Assembly: GCA_963702095.1 (NCBI GenBank)
Contig: OY969706.1
Span: 1,792,001 to 1,856,000, forward strand
From: Candidatus Bathyarchaeota archaeon
GTDB lineage: Archaea > Thermoproteota > Bathyarchaeia > Bathyarchaeales > Bathycorpusculaceae
Length of the DNA stretch: 64,000 nt
Direction: 5' to 3'
Shown: one piece after another, positions 10,809 to 20,357 of the stretch
Layout: every line of letters begins with the position of its first letter
Position numbering within the stretch: position 1 is the first letter of the stretch
Made by a program: the position numbers and the translations under genes
The notes under the pieces: model-generated
Database searches by the model: none
Told to the model about the DNA's origin: nothing
Seen by the model: the letters and a program-made list of their open reading frames with translations, nothing else

Positions 10809-10878
10809 CACCAACAAAACATTTGACCTACAGCTAAATAATGGATGGGCGATGCTAAGAGAGCAGCAAACGCTTCTT

Positions 10879-13311
10879 TTACTTGCGTTTTAACATGTTC
10901 TCAAGCAACGGCTTTAGCTTAGCATTCTCCGCCTGTATCTTTTCTTTGCCCAAGGCTTTGCGCTCTACGTCGATTTCTTTTATGACTTCAGCGTAGTGGA
11001 TACCTTCTGCGGCAGAGATATATTCAACTCGGAAACGCTCTGGACTCATACCCAGCTTAACCAGCATATTCTTCAGCGCATCGGTGCGGGCTTTCATCTT
11101 GTAGTTGCCGTTGATGTAGTGGCAGTCGTAGGGCAAGTGGCATGCACCAACCAAAACCGAACCCGCCCCTAAACGCAGCGCTTCAAGCACGAAGTCTCTG
11201 GCGACCCGTCCGCTGCACATGACGCGGATTGCTCGGACGCTGGCAGGGTAGTCACATCGGCTGATACCTGCCAAATCTGCGCCGGCGTAGCTACACCAGT
11301 TACAGAGTATGGCGAGGATTTTGTCTTCCGGGTTAGTTTCTAAGGCAGCGTGGATTTGAGCCATGACTTGTGCATCGGTGAAGTGCATCTGGGTAATGGC
11401 GTGTTGTGGACATTCGGCGACGCATGTGCCGCAACCGTGGCAGCTGGCGGTGATGATGCTGGCGGGTTGCCCTGGTTCTTGGCGGATAGCACCGTAGGGG
11501 CATTTGTCAACGCAGATGCCGCATTTCTTGCATTTCTCTGAGTCCACAACGCTAATGATGGGTTCGATTTTCCATTTCGGTTTACTGATAACTGTGGCTG
11601 CACGTGAAGCAGCTCCGCTGCCCTGAGAGACACTGTAAGGAATGTCTTTGAGTCCTGCACAAGCGCCCGCATAGAAGACGCCGTCGGTTGGGGCGTCCAT
11701 GGGTTTGAGTTTGGGGTGGGCTTCCATGAAGAAGCCGTTGGAGTCACGGCTGAGGTTGAGGATGCGGGCGACTTCTTCGCTGCCTTTTTTGGGGATGGAT
11801 GCTGTGGCGAGGACGACCATGTCGGCTTCGACTTCGATGGGTTGCCCAAGCAAGCTGTCTTCGCTGTGCACAGTTAAGTTATGGGTCTTGGGATCTTCGT
11901 CTATGCGGCTTACACGTCCACGGATAAAGTTGACGCCCCTCTCCCTTGCACGGTCATAGAATTCCTCATAGCCTTTGCCAGGGCTGCGTATGTCCATGTA
12001 GAAAACGTAGACTTCCACGTCTTCTTTGTACTTCTCTTTAAGCTGCACCACGTGTTTGAGGGTGTACATGCAGCAGAAGTTGCTGCAGTAGGGGTAATGC
12101 TGCTTGTCTCGGCTGCCGACGCATTGGATGAATACGATGCGGTGGGGTTTCTGCCCGTCACTTTGCCGTATGACTTTGCCTCCGGTGGGTCCCGCCGCCA
12201 GAATCAGCCGTTCAAACTCCATGCTGGTGATGACGTTGGGGTATTTGCCGTAACCCAAAAGTGGCATGTCATAGGGCTCATAAACGTCGAAGCCTGTGGA
12301 AACGATGATGGCGCCGACTTCAATGTCTACTTCCTCGGGTTTTTGGTCGAAGTCTATGGCGTCGCGGTCTCCGCAGGCATCAGTACATTTGAAACATTCG
12401 ATGCAGTAGTCCTTGTTGATGCTGTAAATCAATGGAACCGTCTGGTCGAAGGGTACAGAAATTGCTTTCCGAGTGCCCAAGTTCATATCCCATTCGTTTG
12501 GGTACTCGATGGGGCAAGCGTCTTTGCATTCGCCGCACCCCGTACATTTTTCTGGGTTGACAAAGCGGGGGTTTTTGCGGATTTTAACTTTAAAGTTGCC
12601 AATGTAGCCCTCGCATTTGACGAGGTCGCTGTTGGCGAATATGGTGATGTTTGAGTGGCGGGCGCAATCCACCATTTTGGGGCCCTCGATGCAGATGCTG
12701 CAGTCCAGTGTGGGGAAGGTTTTGTCCAGCGCCGCCATGTGGCCGCCGATGCTCTGCGAAGTCTCAAGCATGTAAACTTTGAAGCCTTGCTCAGCTAAGT
12801 CGAGGGCGGCGTTCATGCCTGCTATGCCCCCGCCGATTATGAGTGCCTTGTTGGTGACTGGCACCTCTATGGTTTGCAGCGGCTGCATGAGGCGTACTTT
12901 GGCGACTGCCATCTTTACGGTGTCTTTGGCACGTTCCGTCGCTGCAACTGGGTCGCTTTGGTGGCACCAAGAGGCGAATTCACGGATGTTTGCCATTTCG
13001 TAGAGGAAGGGGTTTAAGCCTGCTTCGGAGACTGTGCGGCGAAAAGTGGGTTCGTGCATGCGTGGAGAGCAAGCGGCGATGACTACGCGGTTGAGTTTTT
13101 TTTGGCGGATTGCTTTGCGGATTTCTTCTTGACCCGGGTCGGCGCAGGTGTAGCGGTTTTCTTTGACGTAGACGACGTCAGGTATGGTTTTGGCGTATTC
13201 CGCAACTGCATGTACATCTACAGTTCCGGCGATGTTGAGTCCACAGTGGCATACAAAGACGCCAACACGGAGTTCTTCAGGTTTAGTTTGATTTGGATTG
13301 GGAGTGCTCAT
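10879..13311 (-). CDS. hdrA: Heterodisulfide reductase subunit A fused to an MvhD-like C-terminal domain
   Basis: GVFVCHCGLNIAG, ACSPRMHE, FAD motif GGGIAG, QCVGSRD, CSNFCCMY, ferredoxin motifs; C-terminal CNWCSYAGAD...RVMCSGRV...CHYINGN is MvhD-like. Confidence 0.95.
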   Translation of the reverse strand: MSTPNPNQTKPEELRVGVFVCHCGLNIAGTVDVHAVAEYAKTIPDVVYVKENRYTCADPGQEEIRKAIRQKKLNRVVIAACSPRMHEPTFRRTVSEAGLNPFLYEMANIREFASWCHQSDPVAATERAKDTVKMAVAKVRLMQPLQTIEVPVTNKALIIGGGIAGMNAALDLAEQGFKVYMLETSQSIGGHMAALDKTFPTLDCSICIEGPKMVDCARHSNITIFANSDLVKCEGYIGNFKVKIRKNPRFVNPEKCTGCGECKDACPIEYPNEWDMNLGTRKAISVPFDQTVPLIYSINKDYCIECFKCTDACGDRDAIDFDQKPEEVDIEVGAIIVSTGFDVYEPYDMPLLGYGKYPNVITSMEFERLILAAGPTGGKVIRQSDGQKPHRIVFIQCVGSRDKQHYPYCSNFCCMYTLKHVVQLKEKYKEDVEVYVFYMDIRSPGKGYEEFYDRARERGVNFIRGRVSRIDEDPKTHNLTVHSEDSLLGQPIEVEADMVVLATASIPKKGSEEVARILNLSRDSNGFFMEAHPKLKPMDAPTDGVFYAGACAGLKDIPYSVSQGSGAASRAATVISKPKWKIEPIISVVDSEKCKKCGICVDKCPYGAIRQEPGQPASIITASCHGCGTCVAECPQHAITQMHFTDAQVMAQIHAALETNPEDKILAILCNWCSYAGADLAGISRCDYPASVRAIRVMCSGRVARDFVLEALRLGAGSVLVGACHLPYDCHYINGNYKMKARTDALKNMLVKLGMSPERFRVEYISAAEGIHYAEVIKEIDVERKALGKEKIQAENAKLKPLLENMLKRK

Positions 13312-14243
13312 TTCTTCTTCATCTCTTCCACTTCAAAGCGGTGTGCAACCAGTTCACGTCTGGTCTTTGCTGCATGCTCCTTGAACTCTTTAACTGCATC
13401 TGTGGGGCTGGTGATGCGCTCCAAAGTTTTGTTCCATGCACCCGAGTGGATGGGGGTATGGTGAACTTTTGTGCGGTGAACTGTCAACGCTTCAGGTTGG
13501 GGGCAAACGTTTTTGCATGCGCCGCAGAAAGTGCAGGTTTGCTCGTTAACGTAAACTTTTTTGTCGTCGCCAAGCACCAGCGTGTCGGTTATGGGGCAGA
13601 CGTCAAGGCAGTCTTTGCAGCCAGGCGGACACTTGTCTTGGTCGATGTGTAGGTTGCCTTCGAAGGCTTTTTTTACTCTTATGGCGCCTGGAGGGCATTT
13701 GAATTCGCAGACGCGGCATGTGGGACAATGTTGTTTATCGATGTCTACGGTGACTTGGACGCGTTTTTGTCCCATCGGCGAAAGCGTAGATATGTCGGTG
13801 ACGGGTTTGCCGTCATAAGCCACCTTTGAGACTTTGATTAGCTGGAGTGGACAGGCGGTTTCGCATTCGACGCAGGCTTTGTCGCCTTTACGTGTGTCCA
13901 CCACTATATCCCTGATTAGTTCTGGGTAGCTGTCTTTGGATAAGATGTTTAGATCATGGCTGCCGTTGTGGGTGACGGTTATGGCGCCGTAGGGGCAGGT
14001 GACGTCGCAGATGCCGCAGAAATTGCATTTCTCCAAATCCACATCCACCTTCACCCGCTGCGCGGCATCGCCGACTTTGGGTTGTTTCTGGTGGGTGATG
14101 GCTTGTTTGGGGCAGGCATTCATGCAGATTTGGCAGCCTACGCAATGTTTGCGGTCGAGGCGCAGTTTGTAGTTTTTAACTTGCAAAACCCATTCTAACT
14201 CTAAAGCGTCTGCCGCATCTTTCTTTGTTTTCTTAAACGGCAT
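13308..14243 (-). CDS. Polyferredoxin (FwdF/MvhB-like)
   Basis: Six CxxCxxCxxxCP-type motifs (one degenerate); ATGA overlap with hdrA. Confidence 0.9.
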   Translation of the reverse strand: MPFKKTKKDAADALELEWVLQVKNYKLRLDRKHCVGCQICMNACPKQAITHQKQPKVGDAAQRVKVDVDLEKCNFCGICDVTCPYGAITVTHNGSHDLNILSKDSYPELIRDIVVDTRKGDKACVECETACPLQLIKVSKVAYDGKPVTDISTLSPMGQKRVQVTVDIDKQHCPTCRVCEFKCPPGAIRVKKAFEGNLHIDQDKCPPGCKDCLDVCPITDTLVLGDDKKVYVNEQTCTFCGACKNVCPQPEALTVHRTKVHHTPIHSGAWNKTLERITSPTDAVKEFKEHAAKTRRELVAHRFEVEEMKKK

Positions 14244-14532
14244 CTATTTTTTCACCCAATACATGGTGGAGCCAAATTCTCCAGCATATAAGCGAATTAT
14301 ATGAACTGTTTGAATGGGTCATTTATGTTATAAATATTGCTTGAAAAAAGAATGGTTCCATCATTGCAAAACTGGCAAAAACACGTCACTTTTTGTTCGT
14401 TAATACTTGGAGTTAGCAAGTAAATGCAGGGTTGAGATGGGCTTATCCGCCCAATAATCCCTAAACAGAACCGCCGTCACCCCAATGGCTTCAACAGTCG
14501 CCCCACGGAAAAGCGATAACCAAACATTACAC

Positions 14533-15342
14533 CTACACAAGCGAGGTATTCTTTTTTCTACGCATAATTACTATGATTGCAAAAAGCACTATTATAACTC
14601 CTAGTGCTGCGAACAAGCCAATTTCTGTCCAATCGACGCCGCCTTTGCTTGTAGGCACCCCAACTTCTGGCAAGTATGGGGTTGCTGTGGGGTTTTCTGG
14701 CGTTGTCGGAGTGGGTGATACTGATTCACTGCGGCCAGGTATGGTTAGAGTTTGCGTGTTGCTCCAGTCGCTTGTCTGGCCTGTGAAAACCCAGGGCCAC
14801 ATTAAAATTTGAACTGTTTGACTAGGATCATATTCTCGATGGCCATACCCGATTAATGCTTGCACTTGAAAATCAATTTGTCCACCAGGGATAATTTGGG
14901 GGCTTCTACAATCCGAAAAAGCCCCGAATGTTAATACGGTAAATGTTGAATTCGAATGTTTTGGATAAGGACTCTCCACATAATAAGTAACTACCCACTC
15001 ATTGGTAAAATGACCTTTAAAACGAACATTGTAATATAGGTCAGCCATCCAATCAGCGGTCCCCTCTTTGGTCTCTATCGCCGTGAACGGTTGATTTTTG
15101 ATTGCTAGTTCCACTGTGTAGTTCTGGACGTGGTACCCTTTGTTGGTTACACTTTGACCGGTATATGGGTCGGTTGAAGTAGTTGTGGCTACGTCGTAGG
15201 AGTGGTCGACAAACTTTGCAGTGAATTCTGGTACCGATGGCTTAGGAATCTGCTGTGCAGACGCCGTTTGGATGAGCATTAAACTGGCGACTGCCAAAAT
15301 CAGTACAAGAATTAGCGATGTGAACTTGTTTTGGTATGCCAT
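14533..15342 (-). CDS. Secreted, C-terminally membrane-anchored hypothetical protein
   Basis: Signal peptide, PKPSVPEFT, Pro/Thr linker, TM helix + RRKK. Confidence 0.8.
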   Translation of the reverse strand: MAYQNKFTSLILVLILAVASLMLIQTASAQQIPKPSVPEFTAKFVDHSYDVATTTSTDPYTGQSVTNKGYHVQNYTVELAIKNQPFTAIETKEGTADWMADLYYNVRFKGHFTNEWVVTYYVESPYPKHSNSTFTVLTFGAFSDCRSPQIIPGGQIDFQVQALIGYGHREYDPSQTVQILMWPWVFTGQTSDWSNTQTLTIPGRSESVSPTPTTPENPTATPYLPEVGVPTSKGGVDWTEIGLFAALGVIIVLFAIIVIMRRKKNTSLV

Positions 15343-15366
15343 AGGTCAGGGTGTGTTTGGTTTTGC

Positions 15367-15410
15367 TTTAAAGCGTTCTTGTATAGGTTTCTTGACTAAG
15401 TTTAGTCAAG
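15367..15410 (-). promoter_or_regulatory. Palindrome CTTGACTAA-GT-TTAGTCAAG containing the conserved motif, plus TATA box
   Basis: Perfect 9-bp inverted repeat at 15391-15410; TTTAAA at 15367-15372. Confidence 0.75.
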
Positions 15411-15930
15411 GTTTATCGACAAGGTTCTCGCAGTGGGTTCGAAAAAGCTCCTGTAGAGTATTCCAGTTTCCGGCGATGAATAGCTTGCTTTTTAAGGCGT
15501 CTATTTTTGGCAGCAGTTCAGTGAGTTGTTTAAACTGCTCTTCAGTGGGTGCAAACTTGGATTCGAAGTCCGGGCTTAAAATCGTAAACTTGGATTTACG
15601 ACCTGCCATCAGCCTGACCGCCTCAATCTCGCCGTAAGTGTAGTAGCAGCTTTTATTGCTGAGCCGCAAGAGGTCATCTAGGCGCCAGTCCTTGATTTCC
15701 TCATCAATCGACCCTTTCGGCTTCTCCTCCCCGCCTGATTGTAGGGGCGGAGGCACCCCAAACGCCGAAGTTACAACGGAAATATCCTCATGCGACTCGA
15801 AACGGCTTGATTTGCCCAAACAAACGATCGCAATCCGCTTATCAGTAAAATATAGGTCGTAACGGCTGTTGATGTCAACGGGTAAAATGACGTCTCGGAT
15901 TATTCCTATCTGTTTCTCTGCGCTTGCCAA
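15406..15930 (-). CDS. Hypothetical protein (possibly PH-like fold)
   Basis: 174-aa ORF with YDLYFTDKRI; fits gene packing. Confidence 0.65.
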   Translation of the reverse strand: MASAEKQIGIIRDVILPVDINSRYDLYFTDKRIAIVCLGKSSRFESHEDISVVTSAFGVPPPLQSGGEEKPKGSIDEEIKDWRLDDLLRLSNKSCYYTYGEIEAVRLMAGRKSKFTILSPDFESKFAPTEEQFKQLTELLPKIDALKSKLFIAGNWNTLQELFRTHCENLVDKP

Positions 15931-16069
15931 CCTTATGCCTCTACCTGCTTATTTGTTTGCGCTCTTTAAGGGCTTTACGCTGCAGTAGGATTAAAAAGAA
16001 GAATCCTATCAAAAATTTAATAGGAATTTTTTTATGGTAGGACACTCGCCTATTTAGTGGGGAACAATC

Positions 16070-16309
16070 ATGCAGACAACTGACCACAACATTGTTAAAG
16101 TAACCAGACGCGGCCAAACAACAATACCCCAAAATCTGCGCAAACGATTCAACATCAAAGAAGGGGACCGCCTAATCGTAGAAGCCACAGAAAACGGCAT
16201 ACTATTCAAACCTGTCCCCAACATCTTGGATATGGTAGGCATCGATGCAGGATACGCAACAGTTGAGCAAGTTAACAAAATGATCGATAAACTCCGAGAA
16301 GAATACTAA
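16070..16309 (+). CDS. vapB: AbrB/MazE/SpoVT-family antitoxin (VapB)
   Basis: VKVTRRGQTTIPQNLRKRFNIKEGD; directly upstream of a PIN gene. Confidence 0.9.
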   Translation: MQTTDHNIVKVTRRGQTTIPQNLRKRFNIKEGDRLIVEATENGILFKPVPNILDMVGIDAGYATVEQVNKMIDKLREEY

Positions 16310-16310
16310 C

Positions 16311-16709
16311 TTGAAAGAAGTCCTCGACACCCGCTTTTTGAGGGAATACTTGTACTCTAACCAAGACACGCCAAAACAGAAACTGGCAAGGAAACTCGAT
16401 GCACTTATAGCCACAAACGAGGGCATACTGCCAACAATAGTCCTGGCCGAAATAACCCAAATCACCTGTGCACTGCGGGGTAAAGATATGGCACATAGCC
16501 GCTGCCAAGCCCTAATCCAAAGCGGACTCCAAATCCAAGAATTAACACCTCAAATCGCCGAGCAAGCCGGATTATTCAAATGCCAATACAGCAACCTGCC
16601 AATGGGCGACTGCATAATCGCAGCAACAGCGCTGATAACTCACGCGAGGGTGCTCTCTGACGACCCCCATTTTGACGCCATCAAAGAAATAAAACGCATC
16701 TGGATATAG
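16311..16709 (+). CDS. vapC: PIN-domain toxin (VapC)
   Basis: Acidic PIN residues in VLDTRF, VLAEI, MGDCIIAATA, LSDDPHF. Confidence 0.9.
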   Translation: MKEVLDTRFLREYLYSNQDTPKQKLARKLDALIATNEGILPTIVLAEITQITCALRGKDMAHSRCQALIQSGLQIQELTPQIAEQAGLFKCQYSNLPMGDCIIAATALITHARVLSDDPHFDAIKEIKRIWI

Positions 16710-16715
16710 CACCCT

Positions 16716-16955
16716 TTATCTGCCCTGTTCGGCTTGAACTGCACTCTGCCTAAGTTCCTCAGTCGCGTAAAGCTCCACTTTGCAGCAGTTGGGACACACA
16801 AACACGTACATGGGAATCATGGATTCTCCGAGTTCGCCCCACTCGCCGATTAACAGGTTGATTCCGCCGCTGGTGCCGCCGACACGGAAGGGGGCAGTGT
16901 AGAGGTACTGTGCGTTTTGACCGCAGAAGGTACATTTCCTTGTATTTCCACTCAA
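16716..16955 (-). CDS. Small zinc-ribbon protein
   Basis: CTFCG ... VFVCPNCCKVELY. Confidence 0.75.
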   Translation of the reverse strand: MSGNTRKCTFCGQNAQYLYTAPFRVGGTSGGINLLIGEWGELGESMIPMYVFVCPNCCKVELYATEELRQSAVQAEQGR

Positions 16956-17039
16956 GTGATTCAGCCTCTAACCCATTAGGCGATCACAAACTAAAGCATT
17001 TACTCAAGAGGAGGGTAAGTGCCACCATAGAAAAGTGGC

Positions 17040-18587
17040 TTAACTTGTTTTTTTGTGCTTCCTAAATAAAAATAAACAAAGAGTTATGACAATTATCGCT
17101 GCTACAACAGTTGCAGTAACAAGTGACAAGGTTGAGACTGTTCCTGCAAAGATTGATTCTACTGTAAAGTTGATTGTAGAACTACCTGTATTATAATAAG
17201 TATCGCTTGAGTAGACTGTCAGATTATGTGCTCCTGTTGATAAGTTGCTAAGAGTGATATTCCCGTTTATAGTGATGTTGTTTTGTCCATCCAAACTATA
17301 GCCAGTCCACACTGTTTGCTTGTTAACTACAAAATCCAATGTAATTGCTCCCGTGGGATATGTGGATTGAGGATTAATCAGTTGTATGGCTGAAGCCTGC
17401 GCCCAATCGGGTATTAAATTAGGCGCATTCGAGATGTTGAACAGTGTCATCAATGGGTAGCGGTCCGAGCGGTTTGCGTCAATAACGTAGGGAGTATCGC
17501 CAATGCCGTCACCGTTTGAATCTGTACCATGGTAGTCACTCCAATAGTTTCCTCCTTTCTCGTTATCAAAGTAATCCGACTTAGCGGAAAACAGCGTGTT
17601 AACTTGATAAGTATTATCAACAAAATTGTTATCGTATAGCAGACTACCGCTTAAAGTGCCATCACCGTTAGGGCCTATAGTAATACCGTCTTTGCCAATT
17701 GCACCAGTGTCTAACCCCCATGCGTTATTAGTTATTTGGTTTGCGTAAAGAGTGTTATTTGCACCTGGGAGAAGTCCTTCGCCACAATCAGTGATCGTGT
17801 TTTTTAGGATGGTGTTGTTCGACCCGCTTGCGGACAATCCGTATGCAAAGTGGTCGATGGTGTTGTCATCCACTATGTTGCTATTGCCGCTTAGAATAAA
17901 GAATGATCCGCTTGCTCCAGTGATTGTGTTGTGTGCTAAATAACTTAAAGCGGTGCTGACGTAAACCCCTGATCCAGATATGGCGTTGTTTGTAATTATA
18001 TTGTATTGACCATCGAAGCTTATGCCGTTATAGTTAACACTGTTCTGGAAGGTGTTTCCTCTAATCGTTGAATAACTTGCGTTTACGCTTGAGTCTTTGC
18101 AGAAGAAGTTCCGTTCAATATCCAAGTAATCTCCGAATGCAGCAAAAACTGGTGTAATTGAGCTGTCCGTGATTTGCGTCTTGTCGCCTGTAACTACGAT
18201 GTTTCCGCCATTAGAGGTTACTGTTAATTTAGACAGCGAAAAGTCGTTGGCGGTTATGTTAATGGCAGGGTCATAAAAAGGGGTCTTATGCCCCAAAATA
18301 TCTAGTATTATCTCAAAACTGTGGGATTTTAGGTTGATTATGGTGTTTTGTGAGCCTTCACCTACAATTGTGAGGCTCTTGGCTGTGTAGATGGCGCTGT
18401 CTTCATAGGTTCCGCTTTTGATCAGTATTGTGTCGCCATCTGCTGCATTACCGACAGCAGAAGTTAGGGTTGGGTAGTCATCGGGGACAATGATTGTTTC
18501 TGGTTGTGCTTTTACGGTTGCTAATGGAAGGATAACTATTGAACCCACAAACAGGAGAATAAACAGTACGGCTAATTTCTTTCCCAT
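17040..18587 (-). CDS. Secreted NosD/right-handed beta-helix protein with C-terminal TM anchor
   Basis: Signal peptide; IIVPDDYPTL..AV..A.DGDTI.IKSGTY; GNYWSDYHGTDSNGDGIGDTPY; C-terminal TM helix. Confidence 0.9.
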   Translation of the reverse strand: MGKKLAVLFILLFVGSIVILPLATVKAQPETIIVPDDYPTLTSAVGNAADGDTILIKSGTYEDSAIYTAKSLTIVGEGSQNTIINLKSHSFEIILDILGHKTPFYDPAINITANDFSLSKLTVTSNGGNIVVTGDKTQITDSSITPVFAAFGDYLDIERNFFCKDSSVNASYSTIRGNTFQNSVNYNGISFDGQYNIITNNAISGSGVYVSTALSYLAHNTITGASGSFFILSGNSNIVDDNTIDHFAYGLSASGSNNTILKNTITDCGEGLLPGANNTLYANQITNNAWGLDTGAIGKDGITIGPNGDGTLSGSLLYDNNFVDNTYQVNTLFSAKSDYFDNEKGGNYWSDYHGTDSNGDGIGDTPYVIDANRSDRYPLMTLFNISNAPNLIPDWAQASAIQLINPQSTYPTGAITLDFVVNKQTVWTGYSLDGQNNITINGNITLSNLSTGAHNLTVYSSDTYYNTGSSTINFTVESIFAGTVSTLSLVTATVVAAIIVITLCLFLFRKHKKTS

Positions 18588-18620
18588 ACTTGACCAAGTT
18601 CAAAGGTGATAGACTTTTCA

Positions 18621-18664
18621 ATAAAAACTTATTCGTCAAGGTTCCTTGACTAAACTTGGCTAAG
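18621..18664 (-). promoter_or_regulatory. Conserved motif TTAGTCAAGGAACC followed by a TATA box
   Basis: Motif at 18640-18653, TTTTTAT 12 nt downstream on the minus strand; includes inverted repeat GTCAAGG-TT-CCTTGAC. Confidence 0.75.
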
Positions 18665-18683
18665 TTTAGACCAAAAAACTGTT

Positions 18684-18761
18684 TGGTGGACGAGGCGGGA
18701 TTTGAACCCGCGGCCTCTGCAATGCCAATGCAGCGTTCATACCAAGCTGGACTACTCGCCC
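18684..18761 (-). tRNA. tRNA-Ala(GGC), CCA encoded, no intron
   Basis: GGGCGAG/CTCGTCC acceptor stem with G3:U70; anticodon arm CTGCA-TTGGCAT-TGCAG; T arm GCGGG-TTCAAAT-CCCGC; ends ACCA. Confidence 0.97.
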
Positions 18762-18963
18762 ACTTTTTTGCCTGGCTTCTGAGATTTACTCCATCTCGTT
18801 TAATAAGCATTTCTTTATGCAGCGGCTGAAGCATCCACAGAAGCCACGAATGTGCTTCAAAACTGTCGGTTGAGCATTGAAAACTTGGTTTTTTGACGGT
18901 GACACTAAAATAGGATGTTTCCCCATGAAATAGTATCTTCGTTTATTCCGTTTTATAGGTAAA

Positions 18964-19479
18964 TTGGGAGATGATTTGTTGAGAGTAGAAATCGTTCGTG
19001 CTGTAACCAAACCAATCTGCTCCTTTAGGGAGCATTTCAAGAATTTCGAGGACATTGATGCCGTGCAAAAAATATTCGGCGGCAAAACACAACATGTAAT
19101 CGAGAACTTGGAAGTTGAATTCACCGATAACACACTCTACATGAGCGTCGACTACGACGGACGCTTACAAGTCAACCCCAACTACTTAGCAACCGGCAAC
19201 TTCGCCGACTTATACCTTGACATCATCCATGAACTTGTCCATGTACGGCAGGTGCTAAACGGCAAGAACTGCAACCATGCATTGCCCTATGTGGAGCGTC
19301 CCCTCGAAATTGAGGCTTACCGAACTGCAGTTGACGAAGCCAGAGCGTTAGGGTGGGATGAGAGCCGAATACTATGCTACTTGGATTCTGATTTGATTAA
19401 CGCTGAAGAATTCCGCAAGCTGGCGGCGGCGTTGGAACTCACCGTGGAAGAGGAGCCGCTAAGAGAAGAGAACGATTAA
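18964..19479 (+). CDS. Zincin-like metalloprotein (HExxH)
   Basis: IIHELVHVRQ ... PYVERPLEIEAY. Confidence 0.7.
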   Translation: MGDDLLRVEIVRAVTKPICSFREHFKNFEDIDAVQKIFGGKTQHVIENLEVEFTDNTLYMSVDYDGRLQVNPNYLATGNFADLYLDIIHELVHVRQVLNGKNCNHALPYVERPLEIEAYRTAVDEARALGWDESRILCYLDSDLINAEEFRKLAAALELTVEEEPLREEND

Positions 19480-19502
19480 TGCTTAAGCTGGTCAGCGTCG
19501 GC

Positions 19503-19632
19503 GTTGCTTGCGGAATCCGCCTCAACCAGCCTGCAACCCAAACCAGACGCAGATGCCAAAACAGGCGCCACAGCCAAACCCACTGGAAGATGATGAGTAA
19601 GGGCGACTCCCTCTTCTTCTTAAACTATAAAA
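19503..19632 (-). repeat. Family B repeat, copy 2 (G/T-rich strand is -)
   Basis: 92 bp identical (reverse complement) to 579-670. Confidence 0.95.
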
Positions 19633-19909
19633 TTGTCTCCAAAGGCTCAAAAGGCCAGAGGCAACCCTAAAATCCTGCCTTGGGAGCGCAGAAAACCAGG
19701 ATGTTCTAAGCCAACCAACACCGTAAATGGCATCCCCAGAAAATGGAGACGCAGTCTGCATGTACGAAAGGTTCTTAAGGTATATGGTATTCTTCTACAC
19801 GGCAAGAAATCGGCATATCACTGCCAATTCAGGTAACAACCAGCTTCAATTTTGGAGCAGGTTAGACCAACATAAAAGAATAAATAGTCCGATGAAGAGG
19901 TGAAAAGGT

Positions 19910-20230
19910 ATGGAAAACATTTACGCAGCAATGCTCCTTCACAAGGCAAGTAAAGAAATCAACGAAGAATCCGTAACCAAAGTCCTAAACGCAGCAGGAA
20001 TCACAGTGGACGCAGTTCAAATCAAAGCACTCGTAGCTTCACTAAGCGAAGTAAACATCGATGAAGCAATCAAAGCAGCCCCAACCATGATGGCAGCAGC
20101 ACCAGTTGCAGCACCAGCAGGCGGCGAAGCAAAACCAGCAGCTCCAGTAGAAGACAAGAAGAAGAAAGCTGAAGAGGAAAAAGCCAAAGAAGAAGCAGCA
20201 TTAGAAGGATTAGGCGCCCTATTCGGGTAA
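19910..20230 (+). CDS. rpl12: 50S ribosomal stalk protein L12 (aP1)
   Basis: MENIYAAMLLHKASKEINEE...Ala-rich hinge...EGLGALFG; GAGGTGA ribosome-binding site. Confidence 0.97.
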   Translation: MENIYAAMLLHKASKEINEESVTKVLNAAGITVDAVQIKALVASLSEVNIDEAIKAAPTMMAAAPVAAPAGGEAKPAAPVEDKKKKAEEEKAKEEAALEGLGALFG

Positions 20231-20357
20231 ACAAGCCTCACATTTCTTATTTTTAACCATTTTTCCCCAAATTATTTATTCTACTTCTGACTAGCCTTGA
20301 TTTTACCTGAAAATTCTTTGATATTTAGTAAGAGATTGCCGAGGGAAATTCTATTCG

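Noticed and set aside
19588-19600. ATGATGA in family B as the C box of a C/D sRNA
   Set aside because: Not conserved in the 60k and 44k copies, no matching CTGA D box, and it lies on the strand that folds less well
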